From the NCBI GenBank assembly GCA_027622665.1, contig JAQBYT010000052.1:1-21991 (forward strand): 21,991 nucleotides of DNA, given 5' to 3'. This DNA comes from Verrucomicrobiota bacterium (GTDB lineage Bacteria; Verrucomicrobiota; Verrucomicrobiia; Opitutales; Seribacteraceae). Position 1 is the stretch's first letter. Every line of letters starts with the position of its first letter. Positions 10,291 to 19,675 of this stretch are shown here, in pieces. The notes below the pieces were generated by a model, which searched no databases, was not told the origin of the DNA, and worked only from the letters and a program-made list of their open reading frames with translations. The translations under genes and the position numbers were made by a program.

Positions 10291-10971
10291 ATGAAAAATC
10301 TTATCGAATCAGAGTCTCTGGACATTCCATCGGAATTACCTGCAATGACTTTGCCCGGGGTCGTTTTTTTCCCGAAGGCCATGATGCCCCTCTATATTTT
10401 CGAAAATCGATACCGTCTCATGGTCGAGGAGATACTTGATTCACACCGGATGTTCTGCGTTGCTGCCTCAAAGGAGAGTGAATCGGATACTGTTGAAGAA
10501 TTTGAAGAAGTTGCTTCCGCCGGCTTGGTGCGTGTTTGTCGTGAAAATCCAGATGGTACCTCCTTTCTGCTATTGCAAGGGATTTCTCGAGTGAGGATTT
10601 CCGGAGTCGTACGAGAGGAACCCTACCGGATCGTTGCCGTTGAGCCCATTCAGTCAATCATCGAAGCCCCCCTTGCCGAGTCCCGCAAGGAAATCGAAAA
10701 ACTGATCAAGGAGAATCACCAACTAGGAGGTGACGTAACCGACGACATTCTCTCTTTTTTGAATCCGCTGCAGGACGATGAAGCCTATGTCGACCTTGTC
10801 GCCTTCACTCTTTGCAAGGAGGCAATCCAAAAGCAGAAAATTCTGGAGACTCTCAGATTGTCGGAACGAGTAGCCCTTTTGCTTTCTGATATACGCGGTG
10901 AAAATGAGCGCCTAAGCCTCCTGAAGCAAGCTCTCGGAGAATGGCCGGATGAAGATTTTGATGCCAATTGA
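10291..10971 (+). CDS. Stand-alone Lon peptidase N-terminal (substrate-binding) domain protein
   Basis: LP.M.LPGVVFFP...MPLYIFENRYRLMV, LLLQGISRVRI and KQKILET are present. No AAA+ or protease domain. Confidence 0.88.
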   Translation: MKNLIESESLDIPSELPAMTLPGVVFFPKAMMPLYIFENRYRLMVEEILDSHRMFCVAASKESESDTVEEFEEVASAGLVRVCRENPDGTSFLLLQGISRVRISGVVREEPYRIVAVEPIQSIIEAPLAESRKEIEKLIKENHQLGGDVTDDILSFLNPLQDDEAYVDLVAFTLCKEAIQKQKILETLRLSERVALLLSDIRGENERLSLLKQALGEWPDEDFDAN

Positions 10972-10989
10972 CGCACCTTTTTTAGAGGA

Positions 10990-11235
10990 ATGAAAAACAA
11001 GCTTACTGACGATGAAAAATCACTTCGTACAAACAAGTTTCGCCGCATTGTCGGCTATCGGAAATATGCAGGTTTTGCCATCGCATTGGCAGGTTTGGCT
11101 TTGCTTGTCGTAGGCATTAGAGACCTCCATGCCACACACGGCTCATTCCTCTTGTTGAACGGAATCTTGTTCTTTGGTTACGGATGCTTCATGTTTTGGC
11201 AAGCCGCTCGCGCTCAGAAGAATCTGGGAGGGTAG
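10990..11235 (+). CDS. Small hypothetical membrane protein (2 TM)
   Basis: 81 aa, basic N-terminus, two hydrophobic segments. Fills the gap in a co-directional run. Confidence 0.7.
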   Translation: MKNKLTDDEKSLRTNKFRRIVGYRKYAGFAIALAGLALLVVGIRDLHATHGSFLLLNGILFFGYGCFMFWQAARAQKNLGG

Positions 11236-11270
11236 GGCTTCATTGGCGAGCAACCTTAACTTAAGCCAAT

Positions 11271-12287
11271 CTATGAAAGTGTCTTCGATTCCCGTTTCAG
11301 TTCTCGATTCATAAGGCTGGCCAGTGCCTCGGGTGGGGACTTGCCTTCGTGAAGGATGGCTCTGACCTCCGACAGTATAGGAGCCTCCAAGCATTTAGCC
11401 TTGCACAGGGAATGGAAGCAGTCAGTGGCAGCGAATCCTTCCACTACGGATCGTTGTTCGGATATCACGGTGGCGGCTTGCTTGCCGCGACCAATGCTAA
11501 GACCTAGATTGCGGTTACGACTCCATTCTCCCGTACTGGTCGCCACCAGATCACCAAATCCACTGAGACCATAAAAGGTTTCGGGGCGTCCACCGAGGGA
11601 TTCGCCGAGAGACACCATTTCGTGGAGACTGCGCGTAAGAAGAGCTGCTCTGGCATTGTCCCCGAGATCGAGACCATCACTAATGCCGACGGCGATTGCA
11701 TAAACGTTTTTCAGACAACTACCAAGACCTACACCGCAGACATCGTCGGATCCATAGGCTCTCAATGAATCGGAACTGAGAGCAGTTTGAATTCGAGTTT
11801 GCAAGTCTTCATTCCCCGATGTTGCCACCACGAGTGCGGATGGCTTGCCAATGGCTACGTCGCGAGCATATGTCGGGCCCGATAGATACCCGACATTGGC
11901 GTCCTCTCCGAGTTCTTCACTCAATACCTCGTGAGGCAGAAGAAATGTATCGGGTTCCAACCCTTTGCAAAGAGCGAGGAATGCACGGAGATTTAAAGCG
12001 TCTTTACGATATTGGACCACTCGGCGACAAGTTTCTCGAAGAGCCTTGGATGGACAGGCAAAGAGAAGGATATCCGCTTCCATTATCAAGGGTCGAATTT
12101 CGCAACCTATCTGAAGGTTTTGGTCCAAATTGATCTCAGGCAAATAATCCGTATTTTCTCGAGAAGAGGCCATCGCCAGGGCTTGCTCCATTCGACGTGG
12201 AGCAAGAGTTACGCCGTGACCTAGGTTCACTAGGTGGACCGCCATTGCGGTTCCCCATGAACCTGCTCCTAGTATGCCGAAATTCAT
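11271..12287 (-). CDS. gpsA: NAD(P)H-dependent glycerol-3-phosphate dehydrogenase
   Basis: GAGSWGTA, LCKGLE, LSGPTYA, LKNVYAIAVG, GLSGFGDLVAT, SRNRNLG, VVEG. Confidence 0.96.
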   Translation of the reverse strand: MNFGILGAGSWGTAMAVHLVNLGHGVTLAPRRMEQALAMASSRENTDYLPEINLDQNLQIGCEIRPLIMEADILLFACPSKALRETCRRVVQYRKDALNLRAFLALCKGLEPDTFLLPHEVLSEELGEDANVGYLSGPTYARDVAIGKPSALVVATSGNEDLQTRIQTALSSDSLRAYGSDDVCGVGLGSCLKNVYAIAVGISDGLDLGDNARAALLTRSLHEMVSLGESLGGRPETFYGLSGFGDLVATSTGEWSRNRNLGLSIGRGKQAATVISEQRSVVEGFAATDCFHSLCKAKCLEAPILSEVRAILHEGKSPPEALASLMNRELKRESKTLS

Positions 12288-13294
12288 GCTTTCGGGTAGC
12301 GACCTTCTCGGACATCGTTCACGAAACGCCCTAGAGCCTTACCGGCTTCAATGGCGAGCTGGGCGTAGGGTTTCACAAAAGAGGGTACGTTGCCGGGCGT
12401 GAGTCCCAAGACATCTGTAGTGACGAGTATTTGTCCATCGCACCCGGAACCGCTTCCTATCCCTATGGTTGGGATCTCGAGATGACGGGTTAGTTCAGTC
12501 GCAACTTCCTCACGAATCATTTCGCAAACGATTGCGAAGCAACCGGCTTCCTCGAGCGCAATGGCGTCGGTAAATAAATCTTGAGCCTCTTCCTTGTCGT
12601 TGGCGAACTTTCGATACCCTCCGATTGCCTTTACTGTTTGAGGCAATAAACCAACATGACCCATGATGGGAATCCCCGTGGCGATGAGTCGTTCAATGTC
12701 GTCTGCAACATCTTTGCCGCCCTCGATTTTTACACCGTCTGCTCCACCTTCCTGCATCAGGCGACGGCATGCTTCCAGCAATCTATCGAAGGAAAGGCTG
12801 GCCTCCCCAAATGGAAGATCTGCGAGAATCAAACAGTCGGGATTTCCTCGCCTGACGGCGGCTGTGTGGTGAACCATTGCGTCGAGGGTTACCCGGATAG
12901 TGGTGCTGAATCCGAGCATGGTGGTGCCTACCGAGTCGCCGACCAATAGAAAGTCGACGCCCGCGTTAGAAACCAATTTGGCCATGGGTGCATCGTAAGC
13001 GGTGAGTGCTACTATTGGACGCTTCCCCTTCAGCTTGCGAATGTAGGTGACCGATGAGGAGCGCTCATCCTCCGGTGCTTTTTTGGGTACTGTTCTACTT
13101 CGTGGACTTTTTGGGGAAGCCCGCTCGCCTTGATGGTCGGAAGACTTTCCCATAGGTGAGTCTTGTGTCTCGGGTGAATCGACGGTTCCGTCCTTGGGTG
13201 GTTCCGCAGGTCTCCTCCTCGTTCTGCCTCCACCTCTTCGAGTGCGGGAACTTGGTGGATTCTCTTTTTTCGGTACGTCCTTGTCTTCAGGCAT
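12284..13294 (-). CDS. panB: 3-methyl-2-oxobutanoate hydroxymethyltransferase with a ~80 aa low-complexity N-terminal extension
   Basis: LTAYDA, LLVGDSVG, ADLPFG, VKIEGG, MGHVGLLPQ, PTIGIGSG..CDGQILV. Confidence 0.95.
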   Translation of the reverse strand: MPEDKDVPKKENPPSSRTRRGGGRTRRRPAEPPKDGTVDSPETQDSPMGKSSDHQGERASPKSPRSRTVPKKAPEDERSSSVTYIRKLKGKRPIVALTAYDAPMAKLVSNAGVDFLLVGDSVGTTMLGFSTTIRVTLDAMVHHTAAVRRGNPDCLILADLPFGEASLSFDRLLEACRRLMQEGGADGVKIEGGKDVADDIERLIATGIPIMGHVGLLPQTVKAIGGYRKFANDKEEAQDLFTDAIALEEAGCFAIVCEMIREEVATELTRHLEIPTIGIGSGSGCDGQILVTTDVLGLTPGNVPSFVKPYAQLAIEAGKALGRFVNDVREGRYPKA

Positions 13295-14285
13295 CTTCGA
13301 CTTTTGTTAGGAATTCTTGTAGGGCCGTTTCGATGGCAATGGATTGCTCTTCATTCATCTGCCACTCTGCGGCTTTTGCGGTTTCAGCTATTTGTCCTTT
13401 ACGGCGAGCGCCCACGATTGCCGAAGTTACCTCGGGACGAAGCAGCGCCCATGCAACAGCCAATTGAGCAACGGTGTAACCGCAATCACTTGCTATGCCG
13501 CGGAGGGATTCTTGAAAGGCGAGAAAGTGTTCGAGGTCATGCTCGTTCTGAACGTATTTGACCACGGGATGGTCTTTCTTGTGCTTGCGCCAATCGTTCT
13601 CGGGCAGGCTGTCGAGCCATTCGCGTGACACCTTGCCCGTGAGCAGACCTGAATGCATTGGACTGTAGACCACCAGTCCCGTTCCATTTTCTTTACACCA
13701 AGGCATCACTTCTTTTTCCGCTTCGCGGGCAAGAAGGCTGTACATCGGTTGGTTGGAAGAGACCTGTCCGTACTTTTCGATCGTCTTTAGTTCAGGTTGC
13801 CAGCAGTTGCAAACGCCGGCCCAACGAATCTTTCCATCAGTCTTGAGTTCCAGGAGAGCTTGCCAAGCTTCCTCCAGATTATCGATGGGCTCCGGCCAGT
13901 GCAGTTGATAAAGGTCTATGCGGTCCACCTGAAGACGCTTTAGCGAGCCTTCCACCTCCTCGCGAATAGTCTCACGTGAAATGAATCGACGGGGCTTATC
14001 GCCTTCCCCCGGAAGAACCCCGCATTTCGTTGCGAGAATGACCTCGCCTCCGTTCCATTCCTTGACTGCCTTTCCCACCGAAATCTCGGAAACGCCGAAA
14101 CCATAAGCATGAGCGGTATCAATCCAGTTGATGCCGCATTCCAGTGCTTCGTGTATGGTCGCGATGGAGTCCCTTTCGTCCTGATCTCCCCAGCCCATGC
14201 CCCAATCCCCACCACCGATAGCCCAGGTGCCGAGCCCCGTGACGGATAGTTCAAGGTCAGTATCTCCCAATTTACGTGTAATCAT
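13287..14285 (-). CDS. Aldo/keto reductase
   Basis: GLGTWAIGG, GINWIDTAHAYG.G.SE, ATKCG, SLKRLQVDRIDLYQLHWP, YSPM.SGLLTGK. Confidence 0.95.
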   Translation of the reverse strand: MITRKLGDTDLELSVTGLGTWAIGGGDWGMGWGDQDERDSIATIHEALECGINWIDTAHAYGFGVSEISVGKAVKEWNGGEVILATKCGVLPGEGDKPRRFISRETIREEVEGSLKRLQVDRIDLYQLHWPEPIDNLEEAWQALLELKTDGKIRWAGVCNCWQPELKTIEKYGQVSSNQPMYSLLAREAEKEVMPWCKENGTGLVVYSPMHSGLLTGKVSREWLDSLPENDWRKHKKDHPVVKYVQNEHDLEHFLAFQESLRGIASDCGYTVAQLAVAWALLRPEVTSAIVGARRKGQIAETAKAAEWQMNEEQSIAIETALQEFLTKVEDA

Positions 14286-14389
14286 AGTTTGAATCTTTAA
14301 TCACAGATCAACAAAACCTATTGTCGCTCCAAGTCGAACTCCAAAAATTAACAGGTAAGCTTGCTCGAGTTTAACTTAGGTGACAAGAA

Positions 14390-15100
14390 ATGGGGATGAA
14401 AACAATATTGGTTACGGGCGCAAGCAGAGGAATCGGGCTTGAATGGACACGCCAATGCCTTGAGCGAGGGCATCGCTTGCTGGCGACTTGCAGGAATCCG
14501 GACAATGCCGAAGCCCTTTCGAAACTTCGCGAGAGTCACGCCGATCTTTTGAACATCTTGACCCTCGACGTCGAAGACGAAGGATCAGTAACCCGTCTTT
14601 TCTTGGAACTCGATAAAAAGAGTGAACCGATTGACCTCCTCTTCAACAACGCAGGGGTGATTGATTGGGAAGACATGTTAAACGTGTCGGCAGAGGCCGT
14701 GGAAAAGACCTACAAGGTAAACGTAGTGGGTGCCTTGCTTGTTTTACGTGCTGCGATCCCGTGTCTGCGGCGTTCGGCCAATCCCATAGTTGCAAATGTT
14801 TCTTCCCGACTAGGATCGATCGAACTGCGAGGAAATACCCAACTCGGCGGAGCAATCGGCTACCAATGCTCCAAAGCCGCGTTGAACATGCTTACCAAAC
14901 AGGCGTCCATCGACTTGGCGCCCTTCGGGATAACGGTTCTCTCGCAAAGTCCGGGCTGGGTGCGCACCGACATGGGTGGAAGCGAAGCCAAGTTTTCCGT
15001 TGAAGAAGCCGTGACCAACATGCTCGATCACTTGGAGCACGCCGGACCTTCCCTCAATGGAAAGTTTCTAGGCGAAGACGGGATCGAACTTCCATGGTGA
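14390..15100 (+). CDS. SDR oxidoreductase (C-factor/CsgA-like subgroup)
   Basis: LVTGASRGIG, NNAG, SSRLGSI, YQCSKAALNM, PGWVRTDMGG and a C-terminal ELPW. Start 14390 or 14396. Confidence 0.92.
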   Translation: MGMKTILVTGASRGIGLEWTRQCLERGHRLLATCRNPDNAEALSKLRESHADLLNILTLDVEDEGSVTRLFLELDKKSEPIDLLFNNAGVIDWEDMLNVSAEAVEKTYKVNVVGALLVLRAAIPCLRRSANPIVANVSSRLGSIELRGNTQLGGAIGYQCSKAALNMLTKQASIDLAPFGITVLSQSPGWVRTDMGGSEAKFSVEEAVTNMLDHLEHAGPSLNGKFLGEDGIELPW

Positions 15101-15180
15101 TTTTTCTTTGCTATATCGCCCGAACAAGAAAAGATGTAGCTTTCTATCTCAATTTAATTTTAATCAACGAGTCATTCCTA

Positions 15181-15747
15181 ATGAAAAGAGTACTTACTTA
15201 CTTAACTTTGATCGGTCTTTCCGGTTTTGCTCCCATATTTGCAGCCAAAGTCTTGAATGTTGGCGATCAGTCGCCTGCTTTCAGTACCCTTGACGACCAA
15301 GGCAAGCAATGGAAGTCCGGCGATATCATCGGCTCGAAGCATTTGGTGGTCTATTTCTATCCTGCCGCCATGACCGGTGGTTGCACAAAGCAAGCCTGCG
15401 CCTTTCGTGACGACAAATCGAAATTGACCAAATTGGATGCAGTAGTCGTTGGCGTGAGCGGAGACACCCCCGAAGGTCTCGCCCATTTCAAGAAGGCCGA
15501 AAACCTGAACTTTACCTTGCTTTCCGATGAAAAGGGCGATCTAGCCAAAAAGTTTGGCGTACCCTTTGGCAAAGGTGGCGCCATTGAACGTGAGGTGGAT
15601 GGGGGAAAAGTGACCCTTTTACGAGGCGTCACTTCCAAGCGTTGGACATTTGTTATCTCCAAGGCTGGAAAAGTAGTTTACAAAAACGACAAGGTGAACG
15701 CCGCCAAGGACAGTGAAGCCGTCCGCTCAGTCCTGGCAAAACTCTAA
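15181..15747 (+). CDS. Peroxiredoxin, Bcp/PrxQ family, with predicted signal peptide
   Basis: VYFYPAAMTGGCTKQACAFRD (CxxxxC), VGVSGD, LNFTLLSD. A start at 15181 gives a signal-peptide-like MKRVLTYLTLIGLSGFAPIFA. Confidence 0.9.
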   Translation: MKRVLTYLTLIGLSGFAPIFAAKVLNVGDQSPAFSTLDDQGKQWKSGDIIGSKHLVVYFYPAAMTGGCTKQACAFRDDKSKLTKLDAVVVGVSGDTPEGLAHFKKAENLNFTLLSDEKGDLAKKFGVPFGKGGAIEREVDGGKVTLLRGVTSKRWTFVISKAGKVVYKNDKVNAAKDSEAVRSVLAKL

Positions 15748-15753
15748 ACGAAT

Positions 15754-16047
15754 TTGAACGATAACGAACTTTATTCCTTGCCCGGGAAGCTCAGGAGAGA
15801 ACTGAAATCCCGTGCCAAAACACGCCCCGTTTACATCCGGATTGGAAAAAAAGGGTTAACTGATAACGTCATGGCCGAACTGCGAAAAGTTTTCGAAAAA
15901 GAAGATCTTGCCAAAGTCGCCTTTACTCAAGATCGGGAAATCAGAACCACTCTTCTCGCTGAAATCGAAGATAAGCTGGTCGCCGTGAGCATCGCCGTGA
16001 CTGGCAAGACCGCTACCCTCTACAAACCTTTGCCTTCTCGGAAGTGA
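15754..16047 (+). CDS. YhbY/CRM-domain RNA-binding protein
   Basis: RRELKSRA....PV..IGKKGLT, L.KV and GKTATLYKP. About 97 aa, basic. Confidence 0.82.
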   Translation: MNDNELYSLPGKLRRELKSRAKTRPVYIRIGKKGLTDNVMAELRKVFEKEDLAKVAFTQDREIRTTLLAEIEDKLVAVSIAVTGKTATLYKPLPSRK

Positions 16048-16093
16048 GGCTCTCGTTGTCCGTCGAAGACATGCGGTTCTTTTGCCAGAATCG

Positions 16094-17344
16094 CTACTCG
16101 TTCAGAAAGTCAGTATAGAGTACAGTTTCCATTTCCCTAGCTGCTGAAACAAGATTGACCGTAAAATGCAGTTTGTCGCGAGACTTGCTGTATCTTGCCA
16201 TAGCCAACGAGTAGTCCAGTCCGTCGGCACTTTCCAGGGCTTGCTCCAAGCCCACCTGCTTGGTTTGAAGTTCGTCCAGTTCATGCTTGATGCGTGATTG
16301 CTCGGCACCGTTCTGTGCTCTGGCCGTGGTCAAGACATCCTGAAAGGTTTCGAAGTCGGTCATATCGAAGTCTTTTAAGGACCAAGTCCTTGTCTTGTCC
16401 GCGAGGTCAAGAGGGTAGGGGTCGTATTCAATTTGGTACTGCATTTCCCAGCCTGTGTTGCTGGTTTGTCCGCTTTCATTAATTAGAAGAGTGAGAGTCG
16501 ATGATTGATTTCCTAAGTCGCCAAATCGTATTACATCCTTATAATTTAAAGGGTTTCCCTGGTTGGCAGCCCCGGAGCCGGTGACCGTGTGCGTTGTTCC
16601 GTTCGCCAGTGTCATTGTAGGCCATGTGGCAGAATTCCCATATGCCTTTTCATGTACCACCTCTGATCCATGAATCACCTTGAAATGGTCGGGCTTGCTG
16701 TGCGGCCATTGCCACCATGTGATTGTTCCTTTTGATCCTAAGAGTTCAATTGTTGTTCTTGATTCTTCTTGTCTCCCCCCTGAGTCTGTGGTTTCAGCAG
16801 AACCTGTCGGGCTTTTAATGATTTTAAATTTGTCAAAGATTTCCGATCTTTGAATGGCGATGACTGATTCATTTCTACCGGAAATTACGTTGAGGTTGTG
16901 CGGTTCGGGCGCTCCTCCGAAGAGAACGCTAGTATCTCCAACCGAAAACAAGCTAATCCCATTCCACTTGGCGTCCGCCATCTGCCCCAACTGTTTTTGG
17001 ATTTCCCCAAATTCCTCATCGTACATTGCCTTAGTTCTTTGATCGATCAACGATGATTCGAACTTTGTCTTCAACTCGGAAGAGCGGGAAAGAATTTTCC
17101 CTACAATCGTGAGGGCGCCGTCTTGAGCCTGTGTAAAGGATCAAGCATTCTGAAGGTTTTGCTGGACCGCTTGATTCCTGAGAACAGATGAATTGAGACG
17201 CGCTATGGATCCTAGTCCACCTGAGTCCTCGTAGTTGTTGATGATTTTACGACCCGTTTGCAGGTGCCGCTGAATCTGGGTGTTTTCGGCGAGGGTGGCG
17301 TTCAAGTTGTTCACCACCGAGTGCGATAGACTTAGTGATTCCAT
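16094..17344 (-). pseudogene. Divergent flagellin-like gene interrupted by one in-frame TGA (17141-17143, codon 68)
   Basis: ORFs 17141-17440 and 16094-17074 are in the same frame. Reading through gives LQTGRKIINNYEDSGGL...QQNLQNA*SFTQAQDGALTIVGKILSRSSELK, matching the flagellin N-terminal pattern. The C-terminus ARAQNGAEQSRI...LEQA.....LDY resembles the flagellin C-terminal helix. Start at ATG 17344. Confidence 0.8.
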
Positions 17345-17386
17345 ATCGTCTACTTTCTTTTTTCTGGAAGTTGTGGGGCAATCTGA

Positions 17387-17430
17387 TCGACCTCCATGTC
17401 GAATTGCCTGATGATCCTCATCCTTGAGGA
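17387..17430 (-). promoter_or_regulatory. Two CsrA/RsmA-type GGA-loop hairpins in the flagellin 5' leader
   Basis: Minus strand TCCTC-AAGGAT-GAGGA (17430-17415) and TCGAC-ATGGAG-GTCGA (17402-17387). Both are perfect 5-bp stems with ANGGAN hexaloops. Confidence 0.72.
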
Positions 17431-17446
17431 AGTGAGTCATTTAATA

Positions 17447-17473
17447 CTATCGTCCAACTCTCTTTGATCTTTA
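17447..17473 (-). promoter_or_regulatory. sigma28 (FliA)-type promoter of the flagellin-like gene
   Basis: Minus strand reads TAAA-gatcaaagagagttg(15 nt)-GACGATAG, against consensus TAAA-N15-GCCGATAA: exact spacing and a 6/8 match at -10. Confidence 0.75.
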
Positions 17474-17571
17474 GCCTTTTTTTGGGTTTTGTTCACTAAT
17501 TCAGTGGTTTCGCGAGTCTCTTTTTGCTGGATGGGTTTGCCATATCCACTTGTTTTTTTTAACTAGTAACA

Positions 17572-18054
17572 ATGAAAACTATTGATCCGTTGAATGATGG
17601 TGCTGTTGCTCCTGCCTTTTCCTTTCGTGATGCCACTGGTACCGTTTTGTCGACGAATGATCTGGGGGGAACACCTTACCTCGTTTACTTTTATCCAAAG
17701 GATGACACGCCGGGTTGCACGGCGGAGTCTTGCGGGTTTCGTGATAATCTAGAGGATTTATCGAAGTTTGGTCTTACCGTGATCGGTGTGAGTTGTGATT
17801 CCGAGAAATCACATGACAAGTTTCGCTTGAAATATAATTTGAACTTTCCGTTGGCCTCGGATGAATCTAGGGTAATCGTCAATGCCTTTGGCGTCTGGGG
17901 TGCGAAAAAGTTTATGGGGCGCGAGTACGAGGGCATTCATCGAATGTCCTTTTTGGTCGGTACCGACGGTAAGATTGCAAAAACCTACCACAAAGTTAAG
18001 GCCAAGAATCACCCCGACGAAGTTTTGGCCGACGTTAAGGAATTGTTCGGCTGA
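17572..18054 (+). CDS. bcp: Thioredoxin-dependent thiol peroxidase (Bcp)
   Basis: [57 protein letters not shown]. Confidence 0.93.
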   Translation: MKTIDPLNDGAVAPAFSFRDATGTVLSTNDLGGTPYLVYFYPKDDTPGCTAESCGFRDNLEDLSKFGLTVIGVSCDSEKSHDKFRLKYNLNFPLASDESRVIVNAFGVWGAKKFMGREYEGIHRMSFLVGTDGKIAKTYHKVKAKNHPDEVLADVKELFG

Positions 18055-18136
18055 TCGGAGGCAACACCTTTCCATAATCTTTTCCGATTATTCCGTCGTT
18101 GCGAGTTGCATTGTTTTTTGGCTTAATGCGAGGTTC

Positions 18137-18802
18137 GTGAATACTGCAGAAACACCTAAACTGGAGACTCCCGGCGGAGAAACGCAATTATTGCTACATT
18201 CTTGTTGCGCCCCTTGCGAGGGTGAGGTTTTACAGACGATGCTTCATTCCGGCATCCAACCGACGGTTTTCTTTTACAATCCGAACATTCATCCGAAGCG
18301 TGAATACGAACTACGAAAATCGGAGGATAAACGTTATTGCGACAAAATCGGCGTTGAACATTTGGACGCTGATTACGATGTTGCAAAATGGTTCGACCGC
18401 GTACGTGGGCTTGAGTGGGAACCGGAGCGAGGCGCTCGTTGCACGGCTTGTTTCGACATGCGTTTCGAGAGAACGGCCCTTTATGCACACGAGAATGGAT
18501 TTAAGATCTTTTCGAGTAGCCTCGGGATTTCACGCTGGAAGAACATGGAGCAAATCAACGGATGCGGCGAACGTGCAGCTGCCCGCTATCAAGACCTTAC
18601 TTACTGGACTTACAACTGGAGAAAGGCCGGAGGCTCCCAGCGTATGATCGAAATTTCGAAGCAGGAGGGGTTTTACCAACAGGAATACTGCGGATGCGTA
18701 TATTCTCTACGGGATACGAACAAATGGCGGGTTGCCAAGGGGCGAGAAAAGATTGCCATCGGCGAAAAATTTTACGGACAAGATGTCGAAAACTTAAAGT
18801 AA
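18137..18802 (+). CDS. queH: Epoxyqueuosine reductase QueH (DUF208)
   Basis: [48 protein letters not shown]. The real start is probably GTG at 18137; the ORF-track extension overlaps bcp. Confidence 0.92.
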   Translation: MNTAETPKLETPGGETQLLLHSCCAPCEGEVLQTMLHSGIQPTVFFYNPNIHPKREYELRKSEDKRYCDKIGVEHLDADYDVAKWFDRVRGLEWEPERGARCTACFDMRFERTALYAHENGFKIFSSSLGISRWKNMEQINGCGERAAARYQDLTYWTYNWRKAGGSQRMIEISKQEGFYQQEYCGCVYSLRDTNKWRVAKGREKIAIGEKFYGQDVENLK

Positions 18803-18828
18803 CCAGTACTTTCTAAGTCCCTTAAATT

Positions 18829-19635
18829 ATGACCATTGAAGAAGTTTGGGCGACTCTTCGGCAAGAAGCCGAGGTTGTTGCCGCCAAGGAATCCATCTTG
18901 GCCAAAGTGCTTGCGGAATTTGTTCTTGATCGTGAATCCTTTGCCGATGCATTAGGGTGGCGTTTGGCCGCTCGACTGGGCCGTGCCTCCGTGCCCGAGA
19001 AGGATTTGCGAGAACTGATCCGAGATGCCTTTGCCGACGAGCCCGAGTCTCTCCACAAAGTCTGCACTGATGCGAAAGCAGTCCGAGATCGTGATCCGGC
19101 CTGCAGGGATTTCCTTAGCCCATTTCTCTATTTCAAAGGCTTTCAAGCCCTTTCCGGTTATCGTGTGGCTAACTACCTGTGGCGTCATGATCGTCACGAA
19201 CTGGCCCAATACCTTCAGAGCCTCATCGCAGTTGTGTACTCGGTCGACATTCATCCCGCCGCCACTATTGGTCAAGGCATCCTGCTCGACCATGCCACCG
19301 GTTTCGTGGCGGGCGAAACCACAGTAATTGAGGACGACGTCTCCATCCTGCACGAGGTCACACTGGGTGGGACGGGCAAGGAACGCGGCGACCGTCACCC
19401 AAAGATTCGCTCGGGTGTGCTGATCGGCGCCGGAGCGAAAATTCTCGGAAACGTCGAAATCGGCGAGGGTGCTCGCATCGGTGCCGGTAGCGTGGTGCTC
19501 AAGGACGTGCCTCCACATGTTTCCGTGGCAGGTGTGCCAGCCAAAGAACTCGGCAAAGTTCAGGAGCTTTCTCCCGCCCTAGGGATGGATCATATGATCG
19601 ACGATCGACGAGTTGAACGCGGCGAGGGAATTTAA
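18829..19635 (+). CDS. cysE: Serine O-acetyltransferase
   Basis: RDPAC, LYFKGFQAL, VDIHPAA.IG.GILLDHATG, VTLGGTGKERGDRHPKI, hexapeptide repeats. Confidence 0.96.
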   Translation: MTIEEVWATLRQEAEVVAAKESILAKVLAEFVLDRESFADALGWRLAARLGRASVPEKDLRELIRDAFADEPESLHKVCTDAKAVRDRDPACRDFLSPFLYFKGFQALSGYRVANYLWRHDRHELAQYLQSLIAVVYSVDIHPAATIGQGILLDHATGFVAGETTVIEDDVSILHEVTLGGTGKERGDRHPKIRSGVLIGAGAKILGNVEIGEGARIGAGSVVLKDVPPHVSVAGVPAKELGKVQELSPALGMDHMIDDRRVERGEGI

Positions 19636-19675
19636 AGCTCTTTTCCTAAGCGATCCAGTCTTTGATTACTTTTTA

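Noticed and set aside
15094..15180. N-terminal extension of the first peroxiredoxin
   Set aside because: AT-rich intergenic-like sequence. ATG 15181 gives a clean signal peptide.
17141..17143. TGA as an alternative genetic code or selenocysteine
   Set aside because: Several intact genes here end in TGA at their expected ends (ABC ATPase, Lon-N, panB, bcp). The site is not a catalytic Cys position, and I see no convincing SECIS-like hairpin.
17345..17440. ORF-track N-terminal extension (MTHFLKDEDH...) of the flagellin piece
   Set aside because: It begins at about the predicted sigma28 transcription start and spans the GGA hairpins, so it is better read as 5' UTR.
17882..18136. Long N-terminal extension of QueH
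   Set aside because: It overlaps bcp in another frame. Family similarity starts near GTG 18137.
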